Positions 56,478 through 64,000 of a DNA stretch of 64,000 nt are shown piece by piece. The notes under the pieces were generated by a model, which had not been told where the DNA came from, ran no database searches, and saw nothing but the letters and a program-made list of their open reading frames with translations. The position numbers and the translations under genes were made by a program. Origin of the DNA: a virus. The DNA lies in IMG/VR virus record IMGVR_UViG_3300037156_000189, positions 1-64,000 of that record. One strand, given 5' to 3'. Positions within the stretch are counted from its first letter, which is position 1. Each line of letters begins with the position of its first letter.

Positions 56478-57634
56478 AGATATTCATTGTCCTGATTTTG
56501 GCATTCAGTTCCGCGATTGCCCAAGCTCAGGTGGGGGCAAGCGAAACCCAGGCGACGTTGACCTCTACACCGCCACCCCCGCCGACAGGGAACATCACTT
56601 TCTCTCCTGTGGCTGGTACGTATACCGGTGCGCAGACCATTACCATCTCGACCACACTGGGAAGTGGAAGCGTGTTCTGCACTACGGATGGAACGCCGGC
56701 CAATGCTGCCGCTACGTTTGTGGGGACGGCTCCAGCGGGCATCGGAGGCGTGGCGGGTACGATTTCCGTCCCCGTTTCCGAAACGCTCAACTGCCAAGCC
56801 GTGCAGGGTGCGGTGACTCATCAGAACCTGCAAGCTTCATCTTCGGGATGGAAAGTGGTTATCGCCACCTGCACCGTGAGCGGAGTCAATGTCTGCAACC
56901 GTGGCACACCAACGGCCACATCGGGCGGCGGCGTAGGAAGCACTGTCCCGACGACCTGGACCTACACATGGGGCTCTCCACTCTCAGAAAGCATGACCAG
57001 CCCTGCTTTCGTGCAGATTCTGGCGCCGTTCTCCGGGTCAAGCAACGACAACGCAACGATGCTGGTACAGCGCAAGATTGCGCAGTCAACCACGGCTAGC
57101 CCTAATCCACAAAACAATGAAGCGGATTCACAGTCTTTCGATTCGACACACAAGGTTAGCGGTCTGACGATTGAGCACAATTTCGGTCTCCAGTGCGAAC
57201 AAGCTTCCGATACTAGTTGCCCTGGCCATTGGGCTATAGGCGGTGGAAATTCCAGTGGTTCCGATCACTGGGCCTGCACATCCATAACGGCATCCTGTCC
57301 ATGGCCAGCGAACACTAACGTCGAGTTTGCGACTCAGGGGCACTGGACGATTGGCGATACTGGATGCGCTGGCTACGGGTGCATGTACTACGACTGGCTT
57401 GAGATCAACGGAGCCAGATACGACCTCAGCACTACGCAGTGGGTGACCGGATTTCCGTTGGGGGCAATGGCCAACGAGACGAAAACATGGTCTAGTTTTA
57501 TGGGATCACAAGACCAACTCGACCAGTACAACACCACCATGACCATCGGACGCAAGGTGAACTATGCCGCGGTGACTGTGGGGACGTATTCGGCAACGCC
57601 GGTAACCGGATCAGCGCCCTATGTCATTCACTAG
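56474..57634 (+). CDS. Signal-peptide protein with a chitobiase/Fn3-associated domain and a Cys-rich lectin-like domain
   Basis: MKIFIVLILAFSSAIAQA; TFSPVAGTYTGAQTITIS...CTTDGTP. Confidence 0.75.
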   Translation: MKIFIVLILAFSSAIAQAQVGASETQATLTSTPPPPPTGNITFSPVAGTYTGAQTITISTTLGSGSVFCTTDGTPANAAATFVGTAPAGIGGVAGTISVPVSETLNCQAVQGAVTHQNLQASSSGWKVVIATCTVSGVNVCNRGTPTATSGGGVGSTVPTTWTYTWGSPLSESMTSPAFVQILAPFSGSSNDNATMLVQRKIAQSTTASPNPQNNEADSQSFDSTHKVSGLTIEHNFGLQCEQASDTSCPGHWAIGGGNSSGSDHWACTSITASCPWPANTNVEFATQGHWTIGDTGCAGYGCMYYDWLEINGARYDLSTTQWVTGFPLGAMANETKTWSSFMGSQDQLDQYNTTMTIGRKVNYAAVTVGTYSATPVTGSAPYVIH

Positions 57635-57664
57635 GCTTGTAGGATACGGTAGAGAAGAGGGAAA

Positions 57665-59440
57665 GTGGCAAACGTATTTTTGATCTCGAATCCGTCGCGC
57701 AAGTCGGCCAAGCAGGAACATCTTGACCCGAGAAGCCGTCATATTTCTGAATGGGTAGAAGCTTCTGACAGTGCCCGTAATAAGGCCTTGGGGGAGAACT
57801 TCGCAAAAGACGCAGAATCCCTCTACAATCTTTCTGACGCGATGACCCCCGGCCCGGTCTATCGGCCTTCCCTCTCGATCCCCATGCTGCAGAGGATCAT
57901 GCTGGAGGAAGCGAACCAGGTCAGCAATCTCTCGCCGAGAATGTACATTTTTCCCTCTGCCGGTGCTGGCGATCCATCCTACTCCGGCGCCAAGCAGGCT
58001 GACTCTTCACTAAGTCCAACTTCGTCCCGTGATCTTTCTCGTGAGGTCTCGCTCCAAGCTCAGTGGCAGATTTCCAAAATGAATCTGCATTTGCTGATGG
58101 CTGGATTGACCGCGCGATATTGCGGCGCTGGGTGGATCGTTGCCGGGTTTGATCCAGACCTTTCTCGTGCTCGTGGCGGTATGTGGGCAAGGTCCATCGA
58201 CCCTCGTTTGGTCTTCTTTGACCCCGGCACCGACTACACATGGAACCCCAGCTATGCCGGCTGGGGAACGTGGATGAATCTCGAAGATGTCCGGTTGAAG
58301 TGGCCGGAGACGTCGCGCGCCATTTCCCCGCGGCACACTTCAGGCGGGTTCCAGCCGTTCTCCGGCGATTCCGGTTATGGGATCTCGCAGCCTCCGGGAC
58401 CGATGAGTACGATGCCTTCTTCTCCAGGACAGAATGCGAAGACCCAAAGTTCTGAATGGCGCGTCTTAGTCCGGCATTGCTTCTGCCGCGATTACACGCG
58501 GGAACAGGTGGAGAAGCCGGACGTTCCGACTACATCTTTGATAGACCCAGAAGTTCGGTTGAAATACCCCAACGGCCGTTGGCTTGTGGAATGCGAAGGA
58601 GTTGTGCTTCAGGACGGAGATAACCCCTATCCTCCCCGGCGTGACATCTCCGCTCCGCGGTTCCCGCTCTTTCCAAATTACGTACTTCCTCCGCTGTTTG
58701 GCCCCTGGGGAATCCCCGTCACCCGTATGACCGAGAACATGCAGCGCCTCGGTCAGAGGTTCATGTCACAGACCTTCGAGAATGGTCTTCGTATGAACAA
58801 CGCGCTCTGGGTCATTGATGAAAATACAGGCATCGATATCGACGGATTTGGTGGGCTCCCAGGCGAAGTGGTGACGATCAAGCCGGGCAGCCGGCCTCCC
58901 CAGCCGATCACACCGGCTGCGATCGGTGCTGGTGCTCTCCAGGCCGTCGATAAATTATTTTCAATGCAGAACGATGTGCTCGGGTTCTCTGCCTCACGGC
59001 AGGGCAACCCCGGCGCAGGGAATGTCTCGACCGACCTGTTCGATTCCGCAGTTCTGCAGTCGTCCGGTTTACTGCAATTGGCGGGACGATTCTTGAGTGA
59101 GACAGCGCAGAGCGTTGGCGAGTTTATGTTCGACGCGATGTGCAAGTACCAGCAGAAGTCCACTCTTCCCTATCGTGGACCGGAGGGGATCACTCTCGCC
59201 TCGTGGAATGGCCAGGTTGATCCTTCGACTTACGACCTCGCTTTGGATGACGCGAGTGTCAGGCCTTTGTCTGAAGCGATCGTTCGCAAAATCACGCCGG
59301 ATTTGATGAAATCCGGAGTAGTTGGGCCAGAGCGCGGTCTTCGCACCCTCGGTTACCCTGATCCTGAAGGAATCGCCAAGGAGCAGGAGACAAGCCAGGC
59401 CCTGGCCGCTTTAGCTAAAGTTCGGAGTGGAAGGAAGTGA
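57665..59440 (+). CDS. Portal protein (P22-like)
   Basis: 591 aa between terL and scaffold; IDPRLVFFDP, PWGIPV...MQR, PGEVVTIKPG, DVLGFS..RQG. Confidence 0.8.
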   Translation: MANVFLISNPSRKSAKQEHLDPRSRHISEWVEASDSARNKALGENFAKDAESLYNLSDAMTPGPVYRPSLSIPMLQRIMLEEANQVSNLSPRMYIFPSAGAGDPSYSGAKQADSSLSPTSSRDLSREVSLQAQWQISKMNLHLLMAGLTARYCGAGWIVAGFDPDLSRARGGMWARSIDPRLVFFDPGTDYTWNPSYAGWGTWMNLEDVRLKWPETSRAISPRHTSGGFQPFSGDSGYGISQPPGPMSTMPSSPGQNAKTQSSEWRVLVRHCFCRDYTREQVEKPDVPTTSLIDPEVRLKYPNGRWLVECEGVVLQDGDNPYPPRRDISAPRFPLFPNYVLPPLFGPWGIPVTRMTENMQRLGQRFMSQTFENGLRMNNALWVIDENTGIDIDGFGGLPGEVVTIKPGSRPPQPITPAAIGAGALQAVDKLFSMQNDVLGFSASRQGNPGAGNVSTDLFDSAVLQSSGLLQLAGRFLSETAQSVGEFMFDAMCKYQQKSTLPYRGPEGITLASWNGQVDPSTYDLALDDASVRPLSEAIVRKITPDLMKSGVVGPERGLRTLGYPDPEGIAKEQETSQALAALAKVRSGRK

Positions 59441-59679
59441 AAAAGGTGGATGATAAAACGGAATCTGTGGTCCTTTCTTCTACCCGTCTCGTCCCTATTT
59501 ACAACTGGCGCGCTCATTGGTTGACCGTTCAGGAATTTAGCCGTTTAATGGGTCGAAAACCGAGGACGGTTTACGACTGGATTGACGACGGCACGCTGGC
59601 CGAATTTGGGATTCCATCATGTCAGTTCCGATACGGCAAATTACATTCAGGCCGGACTTTTATACGAAACGTGTTCTAG
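59437..59679 (+). CDS. Excisionase-like HTH protein
   Basis: WLTVQEFSRLMGRKPRTVYDWIDDGTL. Confidence 0.7.
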   Translation: MKKVDDKTESVVLSSTRLVPIYNWRAHWLTVQEFSRLMGRKPRTVYDWIDDGTLAEFGIPSCQFRYGKLHSGRTFIRNVF

Positions 59680-59701
59680 TTCTTCTTTTTGCAAACTTAG
59701 T

Positions 59702-59744
59702 GTTGCGGTGGCAACTTGCCCCCACCCCCTTCCCGTTCTATCCT
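59702..59744 (+). promoter_or_regulatory. Candidate promoter with an upstream palindrome
   Basis: GTTGC-GGTG-GCAAC, then TTGCCC-17-TATCCT. Confidence 0.4.
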
Positions 59745-59802
59745 CTCCTTAATCGCACTTCCATAGGCATTCGTGCTTACGCTCGTGCAAAGGAGAAACA
59801 CC

Positions 59803-59865
59803 ATGGCTCATCACAAGCGCAAGGAAACCAAGAAAGAGCGGCGCGCAGCCGCGCGGCGCAAGTAG
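59803..59865 (+). CDS. Basic micro-peptide MAHHKRKETKKERRAAARRK
   Basis: SD AAGGAG, 20 aa, 10 K/R. Confidence 0.6.
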   Translation: MAHHKRKETKKERRAAARRK

Positions 59866-59954
59866 TTAGACCCAGCGGATTCGTCCGCTGTTTCTTTCTG
59901 TTTGCCCGGCTTTAGCCGTCCCGCACCTAACTTCCGAAAGGAGCCTCAGTCCAG

Positions 59955-60083
59955 ATGGCCGGAACCCCTCGAACCAAAGCTTCCAGCGTCGTCAAAGACT
60001 TTGACCAACCCCGGAAGTTCCTGCGTGACATGCGTGCCAAGATCGGCAAGAACTCTCGCAAGAGCGGTTCCCGCCGGCCCTGA
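59955..60083 (+). CDS. Basic micro-peptide MAGTPRTK...KNSRKSGSRRP
   Basis: SD AAGGAG, 42 aa, 13 K/R. Confidence 0.55.
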   Translation: MAGTPRTKASSVVKDFDQPRKFLRDMRAKIGKNSRKSGSRRP

Positions 60084-60189
60084 CTCATTCCGGAGACGGC
60101 GCTGCTGGCCTTCGCGCCCCGTCTTCTTAACCGCTGAGCATTGGACTTGTCCAGCATGCCTCGGCAACCGGAGCGAAGGAGGTACGCAG

Positions 60190-60249
60190 ATGGCAGCTCG
60201 TGGGGGCAGACGATCCACGCGGCGTCGGCGCACCGCCGCTCGCAAGTAG
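60190..60249 (+). CDS. Basic micro-peptide MAARGGRRSTRRRRTAARK
   Basis: SD AAGGAGGT, 19 aa, 9 K/R. Confidence 0.65.
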   Translation: MAARGGRRSTRRRRTAARK

Positions 60250-60397
60250 GGGACGAGACTAACCTCTCGGCCTCGTTCGGCGGTGAGATGGGATTTGGTG
60301 GGGGACTAGGCCCCATCTTCTCCGTCGAAAGCGTTCGATGCGCAAGACAGGGCAAAGGTCGAGCAGGGACGGTAACCCCCGGCTCGGCCTGAGTCCC
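60250..60397 (+). ncRNA. Multi-branched structured RNA spacer (unknown class)
   Basis: GGGAC/GTCCC closing stem; TTCGGCGG..AGATGGG/CCCATCT..CCGTCGAA; AGGTCGAGC/GCTCGGCCT. Confidence 0.4.
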
Positions 60398-60411
60398 AAG
60401 GAGGTTTGACC

Positions 60412-60483
60412 GTGAAGATGACTAGTAAGATCGCTCGGATGACCCATAAGGTGGACCGCAGGGTCGGAAAAAAGCGGAAGTAA
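60412..60483 (+). CDS. Basic micro-peptide MKMTSKIARMTHKVDRRVGKKRK
   Basis: SD AAGGAGGT, GTG start, 23 aa, 10 K/R. Confidence 0.6.
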   Translation: MKMTSKIARMTHKVDRRVGKKRK

Positions 60484-60537
60484 GCTGGATAACCGGACAT
60501 TTTAGTAGCACCAATCTCACCCTCGAAGGAGCAGCAG

Positions 60538-60723
60538 ATGGCGAAGATCAAGGAAAGCATGGGCAACACTTTCAATTCCGAAATTTTGAAGAGCCCCCTC
60601 ACGGTCGGCCGTACCGGTAACGAGCCCGGCGCCGATGTGAACAATAACCCGATTGCCATGCCCAAGGATCCCCTTGGCCTGATCCCCGAAGGCGGCGACA
60701 AGCCCTATTGGTCGGGAAAGTAA
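60538..60723 (+). CDS. Small head-region protein
   Basis: SD AAGGAG, 61 aa. Confidence 0.6.
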   Translation: MAKIKESMGNTFNSEILKSPLTVGRTGNEPGADVNNNPIAMPKDPLGLIPEGGDKPYWSGK

Positions 60724-60726
60724 GCG

Positions 60727-61272
60727 ATGGCAGCAGGGAACCCAGCCTTGGCGCAGATGATGGCTCGGCAGTTGATCAGTAAGATCGCCGGAGCCGGGGG
60801 CGGTCCCTCCGCTGGCGGGCCTCCCACTGGCCCTGGCGGCCCGATGCCTCCTCCGCCAGGGATGATGGGAGCCGCCGGCTCAGGCGGCCCAGGTGCAGGT
60901 GGACCTGGCGGCCCTCCCGGTGCTGCCGGTCCGGGTGCTGCTGGACCCGGTGCTCCTCCTACCACTCCAGCCGGTATGCAGCTTTCGCAGCAACTCTCGG
61001 AACTCCAGGGAGCCGATCCTGACGCGATCATTAAAGGCCTGACCGGCATGAAGTCCATGGCCGTTCAGTTCTATACGCGCGCAGCGTTCACAATGCCGGG
61101 AGTGACGCGCAATCTCGCCCAGGTTGTCAAGTTTCTCGATAACTCAATTCAGGAAGCGGAGAAGGCTGCGGCGACGACTTCCGCTGCCGGACCCATCGCC
61201 AACAATGCAGCTATCCCCAATCCGGCCGGTCAGAACGGCTCAGGGCCGGTATCGGGATCGAACGGTCAGTAA
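60727..61272 (+). CDS. Gly/Pro-rich head-region protein
   Basis: Low-complexity N-terminal half and helical C-terminal half. Confidence 0.65.
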   Translation: MAAGNPALAQMMARQLISKIAGAGGGPSAGGPPTGPGGPMPPPPGMMGAAGSGGPGAGGPGGPPGAAGPGAAGPGAPPTTPAGMQLSQQLSELQGADPDAIIKGLTGMKSMAVQFYTRAAFTMPGVTRNLAQVVKFLDNSIQEAEKAAATTSAAGPIANNAAIPNPAGQNGSGPVSGSNGQ

Positions 61273-61289
61273 GAAGGAGTATCCCCCCG

Positions 61290-62273
61290 ATGGCTCTCAA
61301 GGACATTCTCTCGAACGCGAAGTATCCCGACGACATGGTTTTGAACCTGCCTGATGGCAGCACGGTCAATGTGGGCGAGATCCGGTCTCTCCCGGTTGCC
61401 GAACGTCAGGCCCTCACCTCTCAGATCGAGCAGCGCCAGAGCACCCTCGGTCAGGCCGAATTGGCTTTTGCGGCCAAGTTTCAGCAGGCGGTACAGGCCG
61501 GCTGGCTGGCGCAGGACGGCAGAATCGTCCCGCCGCAGCAACAGACGACCCAACAGGCCCTGTCCAAGGCTCCCACGGCTGCTGAGCTTCGTACCATGGC
61601 TCAGAATGAGTACGGTCTCTCCGACGACGATCCTCTCCTCGGCCCGGTGGTCAAGCAGATGAAGGCGGAGCTGGCCAAGCGGGATACCGAGATGGCCGAC
61701 CTTCGCACCAAGCTCGATGCTTTGCCTGGTCAATTTGACAGTCTCAAGTCCACCCTCACCGACGGTCTTGGCCGCGTGACCGGCGTGGTCAACACCTCGG
61801 TTGGCCGTTATTTGAGCGATCAGTACCAATCGCAGTTCGCACAGGCCACCAAGGATTTGCCCAAGGGCGTGACCGTTGGCTACGAAGATGCGTTCAAGTA
61901 CGCCACCGAGAAGAGTCTCAAGGACAAGGATGGCTTCCTCCAGATCGACGCCGCCGTGGACCGGCTGACCTGGGATGCGCGCAAAAAGGCCGAGCGCGAC
62001 GAGTGGAAGGCTGCGGAAACCACCAATATCAGGAAGCAGTTGGAAGAGTCCAACCGCGTCGCCACCCTGACCCCGCCTTCGCGCAATCCTCTGCAGTCGC
62101 AGGCCAAGGTCAAGGATGGAGAATTCAATCCCTACAACGAGCGTACCGACTCCAAGGGCAACAAGGTCCGTGCGGTCAAATCGTTCGAGGAAGCGATGTC
62201 GGAAGCGATGTCGGACGACGATGTTTTGAAATCGGCGCTCTCAACCGCGAGTTTCGGCGGCGGAGTGCAGTAG
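61290..62273 (+). CDS. Capsid scaffolding protein
   Basis: Helical/coiled-coil 327-aa protein directly upstream of the MCP; SD AAGGAG. Confidence 0.7.
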   Translation: MALKDILSNAKYPDDMVLNLPDGSTVNVGEIRSLPVAERQALTSQIEQRQSTLGQAELAFAAKFQQAVQAGWLAQDGRIVPPQQQTTQQALSKAPTAAELRTMAQNEYGLSDDDPLLGPVVKQMKAELAKRDTEMADLRTKLDALPGQFDSLKSTLTDGLGRVTGVVNTSVGRYLSDQYQSQFAQATKDLPKGVTVGYEDAFKYATEKSLKDKDGFLQIDAAVDRLTWDARKKAERDEWKAAETTNIRKQLEESNRVATLTPPSRNPLQSQAKVKDGEFNPYNERTDSKGNKVRAVKSFEEAMSEAMSDDDVLKSALSTASFGGGVQ

Positions 62274-62373
62274 CCAAGCAAGTTTCTCTGAGAAGCGGTT
62301 ATTCCGCTTCTCTCACCTCAATCACTAACCCGTCGGCAACCTCCCCCGTTTGCCCGACTCAGGAGCAGCCATC

Positions 62374-63360
62374 ATGGCCAATAGCGTGGTTGGACTGGGA
62401 CTAGCATCGCCGCCGGTACAGCTCTCGAACACCGTCAACGCGATTTCCCAGAAATTTATCGTCCCTGTCCTCGGCGACAACGTGTTCAAGCCCTCCCCTG
62501 TTTTCTGGGCGCTCACGCGCGAGGGAAAACGGTTTGGAGCCGGTGAGTTGATCTTCCCGGAAATCTACCAGGAAGAACTCCCCGGTGGCGCCTATTACGG
62601 CGACCAGTTGCTGGACACTTCGGTTGTCGATTCCGTGCAGCCGGCCAACCAGCAATGGAAGCCATACCGCCAGCCGGTGGTCATTCCGATTACCGACATC
62701 ATCCTGAACCGCGGCGGATCGAACAACCTGGACATCATCCGGGCGAAGTTCCAGACGGCATCCGGTTCGTTCCTGCAGAAGCTCTCCCGCGCGCTGTGGC
62801 ACACCTCGCCGCAGAACACCTCGCTCGACGTGGACGATCTGAACTCGTGGGTGGTGTCGACCACCAACACAATCGCTGGGATCAACCGCGCTTCCTCGGC
62901 CAATGCCTGGTGGCTGGCCGCAACGGCCGCGGCCGGCGGTTCCGCGGCTCTCTCATCGGCCACGGCTGAGCCAGCATATCAGTCGGTCACCTGGGGCTAC
63001 GACGAGCCCGATCTGTTCGTGATGAACCGGACTTCCTACGCTGCGTTCAAGAACAACTTCGTCACCAACATCCGCTATGGACAGGGGATGGAGGATGACG
63101 AGGCCTTGCAGGTCGGCTTCCGCAATCACTTCCTGTTCAACAACGCCGTCACGGTGGCCGATTATTTCGCGACCGCCAATCAGGCTCTGTTGCTGAACTC
63201 GAAGTACATCTTCCCGGTCTTCCATGAGGCTGACTATTTCAACGTCGACCCGTTCCTCAAGCCGAGCAATCAGCGTGTCCTGGTCTCGTGCATGTACCTG
63301 ACCTGGAATCTGAGCTGCATCTCGACAAGAATGAACGTGGCGATCACGCCCATCACGTAG
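62374..63360 (+). CDS. Major capsid protein (HK97 fold)
   Basis: 328 aa; DNVFKPSP, Y.GD..LD, WK.Y..PV.I, IAGINRA...WW, PDLFVM, LLNSKY. Confidence 0.85.
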   Translation: MANSVVGLGLASPPVQLSNTVNAISQKFIVPVLGDNVFKPSPVFWALTREGKRFGAGELIFPEIYQEELPGGAYYGDQLLDTSVVDSVQPANQQWKPYRQPVVIPITDIILNRGGSNNLDIIRAKFQTASGSFLQKLSRALWHTSPQNTSLDVDDLNSWVVSTTNTIAGINRASSANAWWLAATAAAGGSAALSSATAEPAYQSVTWGYDEPDLFVMNRTSYAAFKNNFVTNIRYGQGMEDDEALQVGFRNHFLFNNAVTVADYFATANQALLLNSKYIFPVFHEADYFNVDPFLKPSNQRVLVSCMYLTWNLSCISTRMNVAITPIT

Positions 63361-63443
63361 GACTGAGCTTGGAGCAGGGTAGGCAGACTGGACCTCTGGC
63401 CTGGATTCAACCTACCCGGCCCCCACCCCCAAGGAGATTTCCA

Positions 63444-63875
63444 ATGGCACTTCCTTTCGCAAATCCAGTTTCACAGTGCATGCCGGGGTTCGGCTCGCCG
63501 AGTTTCTACGGGTCGGCCACTCAGACTCCCACCACCACGGCTGCCGTTACCATCACCATCGGTGCGACGGCCACCACACCGAGCACTGGCGGCACCGGGT
63601 TCAACCTCAACGGCGGCCCGGCTCCGACTTCGGGCAAGTGGCATCTGCGTATGACCAACGCGACTTCGACCGCCACGCTCGCGCTCCAGGTCACGGTCTC
63701 GGATGGTACCAACACCTGGACCGTCGCGACGATCCCGGCTTCCGTGGCCACCGGCTACGCAGACTACACTGGGGAATTCAAGACGGATGTCGGAATCACC
63801 TCAGTTGCGTTCGTCACCACACCGGGCGGGACCGCGGCTTCGATCCCGCTGGACGCCGAAGTTTCGATGGTCTAA
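63444..63875 (+). CDS. Thr-rich beta protein after the MCP (decoration/minor capsid candidate)
   Basis: SD AAGGAG; position. Confidence 0.55.
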   Translation: MALPFANPVSQCMPGFGSPSFYGSATQTPTTTAAVTITIGATATTPSTGGTGFNLNGGPAPTSGKWHLRMTNATSTATLALQVTVSDGTNTWTVATIPASVATGYADYTGEFKTDVGITSVAFVTTPGGTAASIPLDAEVSMV

Positions 63876-63912
63876 AGGCTGTTCTACCGCTGATTAACCG
63901 CTGCCCATTGTC

Positions 63913-63952
63913 GGCGGATGCGTCACCTGACCGGGCGCATCCGCCATTTTTT
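63913..63952 (+). terminator. Intrinsic terminator after the capsid genes
   Basis: GGCGGATGCG/CGCATCCGCC stem followed by ATTTTTT. Confidence 0.75.
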
Positions 63953-64000
63953 GTAGGGAGGATTTAGATGAGTCAGTGGAGTCTAGTCGGGGATGTTCTG

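Noticed and set aside
1-64000. Alternative genetic code
   Set aside because: All core genes are intact in code 11, and TAA, TAG and TGA are all used as stops

Overview
The window is a roughly 64-kb segment of a tailed dsDNA phage (Caudoviricetes), opened inside the tail region and ending in the head region. Layout: (+) tailspike and membrane/lysis-type genes, 1-6.9 kb. (-) Replication module, 7-21.9 kb: primase-polymerase/helicase, N4/N6 DNA methyltransferase, family A DNA polymerase, DUF2815 SSB, DUF2800 Cas4-like nuclease, SNF2 helicase, RuvC-like resolvase. (-) Mosaic early region with many small genes, a serine resolvase and a candidate origin, 21.9-30.8 kb. A divergent-promoter strand switch with a cos/pac-like non-coding segment, 30.8-31.2 kb. 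(+) Arm, 31.2-64 kb: three HNH-AP2 endonucleases, a NUMOD3-HNH, an Rnl2-type RNA ligase, a HerA-like ATPase, a methyltransferase plus two glycosyltransferases, terminase, three signal-peptide proteins, portal, scaffold and major capsid. I found no tRNA, rRNA, CRISPR array, reverse transcriptase or tyrosine integrase. Most unusual observations: (1) an array of four tiny Arg/Lys-rich peptide genes, each with its own SD, alternating with highly structured RNA spacers between portal and scaffold; (2) a covarying multi-stem 5' leader that pairs with the start codon of all three HNH-AP2 genes, with each gene's own -10 box placed so that transcription would start inside the inhibitory arm; (3) three Sec-signal, Cys-rich, fibre/lectin-like proteins inside the packaging operon; (4) a probable virion glycosylation cassette; (5) a terminase whose conserved N-terminus has a perfect SD but no canonical start codon. 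All family assignments come from motif recognition by eye; no searches or folding programs were run.
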